From: Dehalococcoidia bacterium
GTDB lineage: Bacteria > Chloroflexota > Dehalococcoidia > Bin125
NCBI GenBank assembly: GCA_963663895.2
Contig: CAXXRD010000002.1
Coordinates: forward strand, 672,001-736,000
Direction: 5' to 3'
Length of the DNA: 64,000 nucleotides
Part shown: in pieces, positions 44,267-53,568 of the stretch
How the letters are laid out: each line of letters opens with the position of its first letter
How positions within the stretch are numbered: position 1 is the first letter of the stretch
Made by a program: the position numbers and the translations under genes
Notes under the pieces: model-generated
What the model saw: only the letters and a program-made list of their open reading frames with translations
Database searches by the model: none
Told to the model about the DNA's origin: nothing

Positions 44267-46570
44267 CTAAAGGCTTCCGCTGGCGCCAGGACCGGGTTGA
44301 GCGATCTCGGGGGGCTCGCTGCCATCAACTGGGAGATCGCTGACCGGCTCGGGAGGGGCCGTGAAGTCCTCCGGCAACGGGCTGCGCGTGAGACGCTCCT
44401 GCTCGGCCGCCGTGGGTTCGGGATAGCTGATACGCGAGTGGTACACGCCGCGCAGCGTGACCTTGAATGATTCGCCCACGAGCCGCAGATCGCGAAGGGT
44501 CATGTCGCTGTCGTCGAGTTGCCGCTCGGCGAGACGTTCGTTGATCACGCCATCGATCAGGCTGTCGATCTGCTCCGGATCACGGTCGTGGGACGAGCGG
44601 ACCACCGCCTCACAGGAGTCGGCCAGCATGACGATCGCGGTCTCGCGGGAGCGGGGCCGGGGTCCTTCGTAGGTGAAGCCGGTTGGATCGACGTCGGGAT
44701 CGAGCTGCGCGGCCTTCCGGTAAAAGTAGGTGACGAGCCGCGTGCCGTGATGCTCGGGAATGAAGTCCCGCACCCGCTCCGGCAATCGATGCCGGCGGCC
44801 GAGTTCCAGCCCCCAGCGCACGTGTTCCTGGATCACGCGTGCGCTCTCCCACGGGTCGACGCCATCGTGGGGGTTTTCCTCATCGCCCTGATTTTCGATG
44901 TACATGTGCGGCTGTGCGAGCTTGCCGATGTCGTGGTAGTAGGCCCCCACGCGCACGAGCAGCGGATGGGCGTCGATCTGCGCGGCGGCGCGTTCGCCCA
45001 TGGTCGCGACAAGCTGTGAGTGATGAAACGTCCCGGGCGCCTCTTCTTGGAGGCGCCGTAAGAGTGGCTGGGTCAGTTGAGCCATCTCCAGCAGCTGCAG
45101 GCGCGTCGTGACACCGAACGTTGAACCGAGAAAGGTGAACGCACCCACCGTGACGACGCCAGTGACGACCGTGGCGATGAGGGCCGTGAGCGCGAGCCAG
45201 GCAAGGGCGACCGTGGAGCGATCATCGTTGAACAACCAAAAGGCGAGCCCGGTGATGAACACCGTGCCGCCGATGACGCTACCCACCACGGCATACTGCG
45301 TCACCCGCTCCACCCGTGTGCTCGCAAAGACGCCCGCGACGCCGGCGAATAGGAACGTCACCGCCGGCCGCAGCGCTTGCTCCGCGCTCGGCATATTGGT
45401 CACGTCGTAGTCGGGGAACGCCATCGCGGCGAAACCGCCCAGCGCCGCGACGATCGTGGCGACGACGAGGGCCAGCGTGGTTTCCAAAAGCACCGTGGCG
45501 AGCACGGCCACCGCCGCCAGGGGCAGGATTAACTCAAGCGCCTTGTCCTGCTCCTCCGGGAGAACGGCCGGAAAGTACCAGCGCGCGGCGACCGCCGCCA
45601 AAAAGATCAAGGCGCCCAACAGGACGAGCCGGCGGTCGCTGGCCGCGGCGCGCGGGTGCGTGAGGGCGAGGTAGGCGCCGAGTGTCACCGCGCAAGCCGC
45701 CGCGATGATGAGGACGGCGATCAGCTCGTCGCCGGGGACGCCGCCCGAGTCCGGGGTGAGCCGTTCAAGCGCTTCAGTCGCCACCGCGTCGGTCTCGGCC
45801 GCGGTGAAGCTGACGCCGAGGAGGGAAACAGGGAGATCGCAGCGCGCCAAGATGTCCGCCCCGGTCACCTCCACCCCTTGGGGAAAGACGAGCTCTCCCT
45901 CCCTGAAGGAGCAGACCACGGGGGACACGATCGACCGCGCCTGCTCGCGGGCAGCGAGCGTGGCCACGTCATCGATCACGACGTTGGGCATGATCAGCGG
46001 CGCGACCAGTTCGACGACAACCTCACGCACGGCCGGGGCGAGATCGGGATCGACGTGATTGGGGATCTCGGAACGAAGCGTCTCGAGATCGCTCTCGATG
46101 ATGTTCGCCGCGAACGATTCCGTGAGCAGCGTGGTGGCTTCATCGCGAGCCGTCTCCCACTGGGCGTTGGTAAAGCTGAGCACGAGAATCTGCCCGCGGA
46201 GACTGAGCGGTAACCCGGGCACTGCGGCGAGGGCGGCCGTCCGCTCGGCCTCCGTTGCGCTCGATCCGCGGATATCGCTAATGCTCATGAGCAGGGCCTG
46301 CAGCGCGCCCGCTTGCGCGCGCTCCACCCCGCGATCGACTGTGACGAACGCGGCGACATCCTCGCCGGCCGCATCGCGAGCGAGGTCCGTGAGGACGGCG
46401 CTCTCAAAAGCGACATCTTCCCGAGCCCGCACATCGTCCAGGGCGGTCTCCCCGACCTGCGGCAGGGTCTCCGCGGGCTCCATCGGGATCAGCGCGATCG
46501 TGAGTGCGATCGAAAGCCCCACGACGAAAGTCGCGAGACGAACGGGCGTATAGAACTGGTGACGGTCCAT
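44267..46570 (-). CDS. 7TM-HD phosphohydrolase (PgpH-like, putative c-di-AMP phosphodiesterase)
   Basis: N-terminal TM, extracellular domain, multi-TM block, then APGTFHHS, YYHDIGK, EHHGT, MLADSCEA. Confidence 0.88.
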   Translation of the reverse strand: MDRHQFYTPVRLATFVVGLSIALTIALIPMEPAETLPQVGETALDDVRAREDVAFESAVLTDLARDAAGEDVAAFVTVDRGVERAQAGALQALLMSISDIRGSSATEAERTAALAAVPGLPLSLRGQILVLSFTNAQWETARDEATTLLTESFAANIIESDLETLRSEIPNHVDPDLAPAVREVVVELVAPLIMPNVVIDDVATLAAREQARSIVSPVVCSFREGELVFPQGVEVTGADILARCDLPVSLLGVSFTAAETDAVATEALERLTPDSGGVPGDELIAVLIIAAACAVTLGAYLALTHPRAAASDRRLVLLGALIFLAAVAARWYFPAVLPEEQDKALELILPLAAVAVLATVLLETTLALVVATIVAALGGFAAMAFPDYDVTNMPSAEQALRPAVTFLFAGVAGVFASTRVERVTQYAVVGSVIGGTVFITGLAFWLFNDDRSTVALAWLALTALIATVVTGVVTVGAFTFLGSTFGVTTRLQLLEMAQLTQPLLRRLQEEAPGTFHHSQLVATMGERAAAQIDAHPLLVRVGAYYHDIGKLAQPHMYIENQGDEENPHDGVDPWESARVIQEHVRWGLELGRRHRLPERVRDFIPEHHGTRLVTYFYRKAAQLDPDVDPTGFTYEGPRPRSRETAIVMLADSCEAVVRSSHDRDPEQIDSLIDGVINERLAERQLDDSDMTLRDLRLVGESFKVTLRGVYHSRISYPEPTAAEQERLTRSPLPEDFTAPPEPVSDLPVDGSEPPEIAQPGPGASGSL

Positions 46571-46820
46571 GCGGAGCAGCCCTATAGCGGGCAGTCTATT
46601 GCAGCGATGCCGCGGCCTTTGAACCGCCCGGAAACTCCGGGAGAAAGCGGCGCGCCAGCCAGCCGGCGGCGGAGCCGCGAAGCCCTCTCCCGAGCGACTC
46701 CCAGGCGGCTATCGTCTTTTCGCGCGTGCCCCGAAGCGAGCGGGCAGCCCCTCCATCAGAGCGCTGCGGTGCAGCGCGGCGGCCGGGGCCCGGCGGCCGC
46801 ACGCTCACGGCGAGGCCGGC

Positions 46821-46964
46821 TTAGTCTGCGGAGGGAAGCACCTTTGGCTGCATCAGTTCGAGCGCCCGATCGTCGATCGTCAGTCCACCTTCGCCCGGCT
46901 TGATGCAGAGCACCTCAATGCCGGTCTCTTCGTCCTTGTAGCGCTTGCCCAGCTGCACGGCCAT
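46821..46964 (-). CDS. 47-aa microprotein, Cys-depleted desulforedoxin-like paralog
   Basis: MAVQLGKRYKDEETGIEVLCIKPGEGGLTIDDRALELMQPKVLPSAD; GGAGG SD; aligns with the neighbouring 40-aa ORF; absent from the supplied ORF track. Confidence 0.8.
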   Translation of the reverse strand: MAVQLGKRYKDEETGIEVLCIKPGEGGLTIDDRALELMQPKVLPSAD

Positions 46965-46997
46965 GCGAACCCTCCGTGATCGGTCAGTGCGTCGCGG

Positions 46998-47120
46998 TTA
47001 CTTTTTTAAGTCCAGGAGCTTCCCGCAGCACTTGAGCTCTGCATCGCCGCCCTTGGTCACGATGAACTCTGCTCCGCAGGCGGAGCAGACGTAGCGCTTC
47101 CCAGTCTGCGCATTCGCCAT
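46998..47120 (-). CDS. 40-aa desulforedoxin-like (FeS4) microprotein
   Basis: MANAQTGKRYVCSACGAEFIVTKGGDAELKCCGKLLDLKK, pattern C-x2-C-x15-CC; GGAGG SD; absent from the supplied ORF track. Confidence 0.85.
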   Translation of the reverse strand: MANAQTGKRYVCSACGAEFIVTKGGDAELKCCGKLLDLKK

Positions 47121-47196
47121 GCAATCGACCTCCGCGTACCAGTCCGAACCAAGTACCTCTACCGCGCGGGGCGGTAGTCGCTCACTTCCGCGCTGC

Positions 47197-48147
47197 TCAT
47201 TCTAGCGTTTGCAGCCAGGCGTAGATGTCGTACACGTCCGCGTTAGGAATCTGGTCCGTCGTGAACTGGGGCATCGCTTCGCGCGGGTTGCGGTACTGGT
47301 ACGCCACCTGCGAAAAGGTGAGTGACGTCCTGGCGATCGTCGGCCCGATTCCGCCCTCGCCCACATCCCCGTGGCAGACGTTGCAGCCATTGCTGAAGAA
47401 GAGCTCCTGACCACGGTCGGCATTGGGGGTAAAGAGGTCGGTAGAGATCTGGGGTACGTCCTCGTCCGCGGGACCTTCGCCGACAGCAGCGGTTGGCTCG
47501 GCTTGAAGCTGCCCGCAGGTTCCCGACGTGACCGAAGGGCTCGGCACCGGGATCGGCAGTCCCGCCGCGAAGCGCTCCTCTGCCGCCGCCAGCGCCTCCT
47601 CCGCAGCGACGATGGCATCGGCGTCGCCACTGGCCTCCGCGGCGCGAAGGGCATCGCGCAAGCCAGCGATCGTCGCCTCGTCCAGCTCGATGGCGAGTTC
47701 ATGCGCCAGGTCCCAAGCGCCGCCAGCGTTCGTCGTGACCAGGCCGACAAGATTGTCGATATGGGAAAAGTTCAGCGCACCGCCCTGCTCGACGGCCCAG
47801 GGCGGCATGGCGGTCCCATTGCGTCCACAGGTGATCGTGTCGTCGATGAACGCCTGGCGCTCAGCGAGCTTGCCATCGTTCCCTTCGCGGAACCCGAAGG
47901 TGTTCTCGGGCGTATTGAGGGCGGGGGCGATGAGGGAGGGATGCTGGGCCCGGCCTAAGCCCTTGTTGCCGTGGCATTCCCGACAGTTGTTCGCGAAGAG
48001 ATGGGCGCCGCGATCCGCCGCGACCAACAGGACTTCCTCTTCGGCCGCTGCCCGGCGGCCGACGTCGAACCAGGTATAGGCGCCGAGGGAGATGACGCCC
48101 ATGAAGAGGAGCACCACCATGGCGATGACTTGCTTGTTGGTGTTCAT
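47197..48147 (-). CDS. membrane-anchored diheme cytochrome c (bc-complex cytochrome c subunit)
   Basis: N-terminal TM, CRECH and CNVCH, axial-Met candidates AMPPW and AMPQF. Confidence 0.9.
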   Translation of the reverse strand: MNTNKQVIAMVVLLFMGVISLGAYTWFDVGRRAAAEEEVLLVAADRGAHLFANNCRECHGNKGLGRAQHPSLIAPALNTPENTFGFREGNDGKLAERQAFIDDTITCGRNGTAMPPWAVEQGGALNFSHIDNLVGLVTTNAGGAWDLAHELAIELDEATIAGLRDALRAAEASGDADAIVAAEEALAAAEERFAAGLPIPVPSPSVTSGTCGQLQAEPTAAVGEGPADEDVPQISTDLFTPNADRGQELFFSNGCNVCHGDVGEGGIGPTIARTSLTFSQVAYQYRNPREAMPQFTTDQIPNADVYDIYAWLQTLE

Positions 48148-48875
48148 GCGTCGTAGGGCACGGCCCGGGTGGGGTTATCTTCACCACCCGGAGTGATCGA
48201 ACCCGTGTCGACGGTGATGGAGCCGTCCGCATTGACCGTAATGTCCATCGTGTCCATGGGACGCGGCGCCGGGCCGAAGACGCGCACGCCCGCCCGGTTG
48301 TAGGTCGAGCCGTGGCAGGGACAGCGGAACCAGCCGGTAGCGCCCTCGAAGGTGAATGCCTCTCGCCACGGCACCGTACAGCCAAGATGAGGGCAGACCC
48401 AGAAGAGCGCGACCAATCCGCCGCTCCCGGACGTGCCGAACCCGGCGTGGGTGCCCTCGCCCGACTCGAGATTGACGAGCCAGAACTTGCCGTTGGCGAC
48501 GCGCACCGGGTTGTCCCCGGGGCGGGGGACAAGGTCGGCGGAAACGGGAACTTCGCCACCGAAGCCCTGCAAGCCCCGTGGCCAGAAGAACGACAGGAAA
48601 GCGGCCAGGCTTCCGGTCAGGCCGATACCCATCGCGCCCCAAAAGGCCGCACCGAAGAAACGCCGCCGGGACAGCTCGGCGCGGCGCGCGCGGCGCGCCT
48701 GCTCTTGCCGCACGATGGCGCGCTCCGGCGCCGGGCGCTCGATGACCCCGATCTCCCGCTCCGAAGGCGCGGCGCGCGCCGTCCGCTGCGGGCGGCTACC
48801 GCCCGACGGCTCACCGCCCCCGCGATCAACAACAGGGGGACCGCCCTCGCCCAAGCCGCTTCTATCGCTTCCCAT
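48144..48875 (-). CDS. Rieske Fe-S subunit (QcrA/PetC)
   Basis: Tat motif SRRRFF plus TM; CPHLGC and CPCHGS. Confidence 0.94.
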   Translation of the reverse strand: MGSDRSGLGEGGPPVVDRGGGEPSGGSRPQRTARAAPSEREIGVIERPAPERAIVRQEQARRARRAELSRRRFFGAAFWGAMGIGLTGSLAAFLSFFWPRGLQGFGGEVPVSADLVPRPGDNPVRVANGKFWLVNLESGEGTHAGFGTSGSGGLVALFWVCPHLGCTVPWREAFTFEGATGWFRCPCHGSTYNRAGVRVFGPAPRPMDTMDITVNADGSITVDTGSITPGGEDNPTRAVPYDA

Positions 48876-48893
48876 AGCCGCTCTCGCCTCGCC

Positions 48894-49796
48894 CTATTCC
48901 TCTACCACCACGATATCCCACGGCGCCCGCAGCTCTTGCGCCTCGCCGCGGAAGAACTGGCCCACGGCGGTCAGCACGATGTAGGTCGCGATGAATCCGC
49001 TAAAGATCAGGATCGCCGTATCGCGGCGCGAGTAGATCCAGCCCAACTTATGCCGGGTGAACAGGTACAGCAGAACGGGCAACCCAATCATCGTCGCCAC
49101 CGGCACCAACTGCTGGGAGAGGAACGAGGGGAAGTTCAGGTTCAATAACCACGGGTCTTCCGTGGTGCCGGGAATACCCAGCGGGATGGCGCGCCAATCC
49201 TGGAACATCTTGAAGTCACCGATGGTGAAGCTCAGATCGTCCCAGTTGATCCGCGTGTCGAGCGAGCGGAGATCGCGAGCCCAATCGAGGCCGCCGGGCC
49301 AGGTGAAATCCCTGTTGAGCCCGAGGCCCCGGATGATGTTCTCGGTCCACTCCACGTGCTTCTGTCCGTCATAGATGATCAGCCAGATCGATCCGAAAAG
49401 CCCAACGCCCATCCCCCAGATCGTGAGCCGCACCGAGTTGGCGGTCCCGAACCAGACGCCCTGTTGTTCGTTGGAGCGGTCCCAATAGGGGACGGCCGCG
49501 AGCACGATCAGGAAGATCGTCGGAACGATGACGCCCGCCCACGCGGGCTCCATGTGCAGCAGCAGCTCCTGCAGGTTGAGGAAGTACCAGGGGGCCTTCG
49601 ACGGGTTGGGCGTGGTGTCGGGATCGGCGCGATTCAGCAGGGGCGCGTTGATGAAGACGGAGAGGACGACGAGGGAGACCGTGAAGAGCACCGCCGAGAT
49701 GAACTCGACGAAAACGAGATCCGGCCAGACGAGGACCTCTTCTTCGCGCTCCCGCCGGGGCCGGCGCTGCAGCGCGGCAACTACCCGCTCAGCCAT
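48894..49796 (-). CDS. cytochrome b6 subunit IV-like protein (QcrC/PetD) with C-terminal extension
   Basis: VWPDL, ADP..TPNPSKAPWYFL (PEWY equivalent), LAAVPYWDR. Confidence 0.88.
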   Translation of the reverse strand: MAERVVAALQRRPRREREEEVLVWPDLVFVEFISAVLFTVSLVVLSVFINAPLLNRADPDTTPNPSKAPWYFLNLQELLLHMEPAWAGVIVPTIFLIVLAAVPYWDRSNEQQGVWFGTANSVRLTIWGMGVGLFGSIWLIIYDGQKHVEWTENIIRGLGLNRDFTWPGGLDWARDLRSLDTRINWDDLSFTIGDFKMFQDWRAIPLGIPGTTEDPWLLNLNFPSFLSQQLVPVATMIGLPVLLYLFTRHKLGWIYSRRDTAILIFSGFIATYIVLTAVGQFFRGEAQELRAPWDIVVVEE

Positions 49797-49846
49797 GACT
49801 CTCCCGCACTCATCCCGTCCATGCTCTCAAGCCTGCCCTGCCGCCG

Positions 49847-50602
49847 TCAGAGCGGCCGGGCCAGCCCGCCATCGCGACGCACTCGCCAGAAGTGCACCGC
49901 CATAAAGATCGCCGCCAACAGCGGCAGCGCGATCACATGCAGGGTATAGAAGCGAATCAGCGCGTTCGGCCCCACCGAGAAACCGCCCAGGAGGAGGAAC
50001 TTACTCTCGTCGCCCAGGATGGGAGCGGAGCCGACCATCGTCGTGCCCACGGTGATGGCCCAGAAGGCGAGCTGATCCCACGGCAGCAGATAGCCAGTGA
50101 AGGAAAGTAGGAGCGTCAGAATGAAGAGGACGACCCCGATGACCCAGTTGAACTCGCGCGGCGGCTTATAGGCACCGGTGTAAAAGACCCGCATCATGTG
50201 GAGCAGCACGGTGATGATCATCGCGTGCGCCATCCAGCGATGGAGGTTGCGCATGAGCGAACCGAACCGCACGTTCGTCTCGAGCGCTTGGATGTCCGCA
50301 TAGGCGCGCTCGACGGACGGCACGTAGTAGAACATCAGCAGCACGCCGGTCACCGTGAGCCCTAGGAACATGAAGAAGGTCAAGCCGCCCAAACAGTACG
50401 TGTGCGTGATCTTAACGTGGGTGCGGTGGATCCGCGTCGGGTGCAGGTGCAGAAACACGTTGGTCGCCACGACCAGCATCTGGTTACGCGGCGTGTTCGG
50501 GTAGCCGCTGCGGAAGACCGACTTCCAGATGTAGTTATTGAAGAGGAGGTCGTAGAGCTGCTCGTTGAAGCCCCGTGCCGGCGGACGCTCCGCAGTTGCC
50601 AT
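49847..50602 (-). CDS. cytochrome b6 (QcrB/PetB)
   Basis: [41 protein letters not shown]. Confidence 0.95.
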   Translation of the reverse strand: MATAERPPARGFNEQLYDLLFNNYIWKSVFRSGYPNTPRNQMLVVATNVFLHLHPTRIHRTHVKITHTYCLGGLTFFMFLGLTVTGVLLMFYYVPSVERAYADIQALETNVRFGSLMRNLHRWMAHAMIITVLLHMMRVFYTGAYKPPREFNWVIGVVLFILTLLLSFTGYLLPWDQLAFWAITVGTTMVGSAPILGDESKFLLLGGFSVGPNALIRFYTLHVIALPLLAAIFMAVHFWRVRRDGGLARPL

Positions 50603-50611
50603 CGGCGCTCC

Positions 50612-50731
50612 CTAGTGGTCCCACCAACGGCCGAGGACGACCATCGCCCCCAGCCCGAAGAAAATCGTCAAGAGCACCAACGGCAGCTCCATGATCTCTG
50701 AGCGGAAGGGGATCTGCAGGAGGACTTCCAC
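50612..50731 (-). CDS. single-TM microprotein heading the cytochrome b6 operon
   Basis: (M)EVLLQIPFRSEIMELPLVLLTIFFGLGAMVVLGRWWDH; stop abuts the petB SD; start GTG 50731 or ATG 50692. Confidence 0.65.
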   Translation of the reverse strand: MEVLLQIPFRSEIMELPLVLLTIFFGLGAMVVLGRWWDH

Positions 50732-50793
50732 GCCGGCGGCCTCGCTCTCAGCACGCCCACTCACGCGCGCAAGTCGCCGCAACGCACGCGAGT

Positions 50794-50843
50794 TCGTGAA
50801 GAAATGTGCAATCGGAATCTAGCACTCCGTAAGAAGGTGTCAA
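50794..50843 (-). promoter_or_regulatory. promoter of the cytochrome bc operon with an adjacent AT-rich Rex-like operator
   Basis: Minus strand TTGACA-16nt-TAGATT followed by TTGCACA-TTTC-TTCACGA (50794-50811). Confidence 0.55.
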
Positions 50844-50856
50844 GCGAGACCCTCGG

Positions 50857-51948
50857 TTAGAGCGTAGCGATCCCTACGATCTCGACCGTCCGGGAACCCG
50901 GCGCAGGCTCAAGGGAACCCACGTCGCACGCCTCGGGTGCGTGCCGCCGCACGATCTCCGCGTCCTCCCGCGCAACGACCACGATCATGCCGACGCCCAT
51001 GTTGAACACGCGGTACATCTCCGCGTCACTGACGGCTCCGCGCCGCTGAATCAAGCCGAACAGCGGCGGGCGGGACCAGCGCGCCGGGTCGAGGCGGGCG
51101 CAGACGCCCTCGGGCAAGATCCGCTCGAGATTTTCCTGCACCCCGCCGCCGGTGATGTGCGCGATCCCCTTGCAGCGGTCGAGAAACGGCTCGACGACGG
51201 ACAAGTAGCAGCGATGCGGACGCAGCAGCGCGGCCCCAAGGGATTCGCCGAGGTCGGGATCATGCGCCGCGAGCAAGGCGCGCGCCCGTTCCGGATCGGC
51301 AGCCAGCCCCAGCACCTCACGCGCCAGGCTGTACCCGTTCGTGTGGAGCCCGTTGCTCGGAAGCGCGAAAACCGCGTCGCCGGGGGTGATCGCCGTTCCC
51401 TCGATCTGCCGGCCTTTCTCGACCACGCCGACGATCGTGCCGGCGATGTCGAAGTCGCCCGATCGGTAGAGTCCGGGCATATCCGCGGTCTCACCGCCAA
51501 GCAAGGCCGTGCTCGTGGCGGCGCAGGCGCGCGCGACCCCCTCCACGACGGCCACCTTGCTGTCCTCGTCCAGCCCGGCGCCGGCAAGGTAGTCAAGAAA
51601 AAACAACGGACGGGCACCCGCCGTGAGGATGTCGTTCACGCAATGATTGACGAGGTCCTCGCCTACCGTGTCGTAGCGCGCGAGCGCGCGTGCGACGAGC
51701 AGCTTCGTTCCGACGCCGTCGGTAGAAGCGACGAGCAGCGGCCGAGACACGCCACTGAGGTCGAAGATCCCAGCGAAGGCGCCAATGCTCCCCAGCACTT
51801 CGGGCCGGCCTGCCTGCGCCGCAAGCGCGCGCAGCCGTGGAATCAAGCGGGTGTTGGCATCGACATTGACGCCGGCGGCAGCGTAGCGGGGCGCGCGGCC
51901 GCCGGGATCGCGGGAGGGCCCGGCAGCGGGATTGACGTTAGAGCCCAC
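50857..51948 (-). CDS. purM: AIR synthetase
   Basis: YAAAGV, STDGVGTK, GGETADMP, SNGLHTNGYS, AHITGGG, FNMGVG. Confidence 0.97.
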   Translation of the reverse strand: MGSNVNPAAGPSRDPGGRAPRYAAAGVNVDANTRLIPRLRALAAQAGRPEVLGSIGAFAGIFDLSGVSRPLLVASTDGVGTKLLVARALARYDTVGEDLVNHCVNDILTAGARPLFFLDYLAGAGLDEDSKVAVVEGVARACAATSTALLGGETADMPGLYRSGDFDIAGTIVGVVEKGRQIEGTAITPGDAVFALPSNGLHTNGYSLAREVLGLAADPERARALLAAHDPDLGESLGAALLRPHRCYLSVVEPFLDRCKGIAHITGGGVQENLERILPEGVCARLDPARWSRPPLFGLIQRRGAVSDAEMYRVFNMGVGMIVVVAREDAEIVRRHAPEACDVGSLEPAPGSRTVEIVGIATL

Positions 51949-51959
51949 GCATCCAATTT

Positions 51960-53468
51960 CTAACGCGGCGCGGTGTGCACGGCGACGTTCGCGACGAGAT
52001 GGGGCGAATCACCGTCGAGCGCTGCTTCTTCGCTCTCGAATACGAACTTGTCCATCTCCAGCTGCACCGGTATCGGATACTCGCCGGTGAAGCAGGCGAG
52101 GCAGTGGCGGTCGTCGCCCAAGCTGATCGCGCGCCGCAGGCCCTCGACGCTCAGATAGCCCAAGCTGTCGGCGTTGATATGCCGCCGGATCTCTTCGACC
52201 GTTCGCTGGGCGGCGATCAGCTCGCCCCGGGTGGCCATGTCCACGCCGAAGAAACAGGCGTTGGTGATCGGAGGCGCACAGATGCGCATGTGCACTTCGG
52301 CGGCCCCGGCGTCACGCAGCATCTGCACCACGCGGGGCGTCGTCGTGCCCCGCACGATCGAATCATCAACGACGACGACGCGCTTGCCGGCAAGGACCTC
52401 CGGCAGAGGATTGAACTTGAGGTTGACGCCAAGCTCGCGGATGCGCTGATCGGGTTGAATGAAGGTGCGACCCACGTAGCGGTTCTTGACGAGCCCCTCG
52501 GCGTAGGGCAGACCGGCCTTCCGCGCATAGCCCACAGCGGCAGCGGTGGCGGAATCCGGGATGCCGATCACGAGATCCCCGTCGTGGGCGGGCTGCTCAC
52601 TCGCGAGCCGCGCGCCCATGGCAAGACGGCTCGAATACACCAAGCGGCCGTCGAGTTTGGAATCGGGGCGCGCGAAGTAGATGTGCTCGAACACACAGCT
52701 CGCTTGCCGCTCCACCGGCGCTACCTGGGCGGAGGTCAGACCTTCGGCGGCGATCGTCACGAATTCACCCGGCGCGATCTCGCGGAGATATTCGGCGCCG
52801 ATATGGTCGAGCGCACACGTCTCCGAGGCGACGGCGTAGCCGCCGTCGATCCGTCCCAGACAAAGCGGTCGCACGGCCAACGGGTCCCGCGCCGCCATGA
52901 GTCGATCCTCGGTGAGCAAGACGAGCGAGTAGGCTCCGCGGAAGACGCGCATCACTTGGGCGAAGCGATCGGCCCAAGTGCCGCGCGCGGCTTGGAGGTA
53001 GCGACCCACGATCTCCGAGTCGGTCGAGGTTTCGAAGCGGTGGCCATCGGCCTCCATCTCCGCGCGGACCTCGACAGCGTTGACGATGTTGCCGTTGTGC
53101 GCGAGGGCGAGGTCGCCGTCGGCGCCCGGCAACACTAAAGGTTGCGCGTTGCACGCGCGGCTCGATCCTGTCGTGGAATAGCGCGTATGCCCGATCGCGG
53201 CGACGCCGTCGAGTGGAGCGAGATCGCTTTCGGCAAAGACCTGCGATACCAGGCCCATGCCGGTGTGCAGGCTCAGCTGCGTGCCGTCGGAAACGCAGAT
53301 CCCCGCGCTCTCTTGGCCGCGATGCTGGAGAGCGTAGAGCCCGTAGAACGTGAGGCGCGCGACATCTAAACCGGGAGCGTAGAGACCAAAGACGCCGCAA
53401 GCTTCCCGGACTCGGTCGCCCACAGTCGCCTCCGAGTCACCGTCGCGCCGCGCGTCCTTCACCCGCAT
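51960..53468 (-). CDS. purF: amidophosphoribosyltransferase
   Basis: Propeptide then EACGVFG, LQHRGQESAG, GHTRYST, VVVDDSIVRGTT, CLACF; start uncertain. Confidence 0.96.
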   Translation of the reverse strand: MRVKDARRDGDSEATVGDRVREACGVFGLYAPGLDVARLTFYGLYALQHRGQESAGICVSDGTQLSLHTGMGLVSQVFAESDLAPLDGVAAIGHTRYSTTGSSRACNAQPLVLPGADGDLALAHNGNIVNAVEVRAEMEADGHRFETSTDSEIVGRYLQAARGTWADRFAQVMRVFRGAYSLVLLTEDRLMAARDPLAVRPLCLGRIDGGYAVASETCALDHIGAEYLREIAPGEFVTIAAEGLTSAQVAPVERQASCVFEHIYFARPDSKLDGRLVYSSRLAMGARLASEQPAHDGDLVIGIPDSATAAAVGYARKAGLPYAEGLVKNRYVGRTFIQPDQRIRELGVNLKFNPLPEVLAGKRVVVVDDSIVRGTTTPRVVQMLRDAGAAEVHMRICAPPITNACFFGVDMATRGELIAAQRTVEEIRRHINADSLGYLSVEGLRRAISLGDDRHCLACFTGEYPIPVQLEMDKFVFESEEAALDGDSPHLVANVAVHTAPR

Positions 53469-53568
53469 CAGGACCCCGCGCCGCCACCACTCAAAAGTAA
53501 CAACCTCGCCAAGCGGGCGCCAGCCCCCTTCTTGCACAATTCCACCTGGGCGAGGTCGAGGGGACGGC

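Noticed and set aside
46571-46820. c-di-AMP (ydaO) riboswitch upstream of the PgpH-like gene
   Set aside because: Conserved ydaO elements were not found; only generic GC hairpins.
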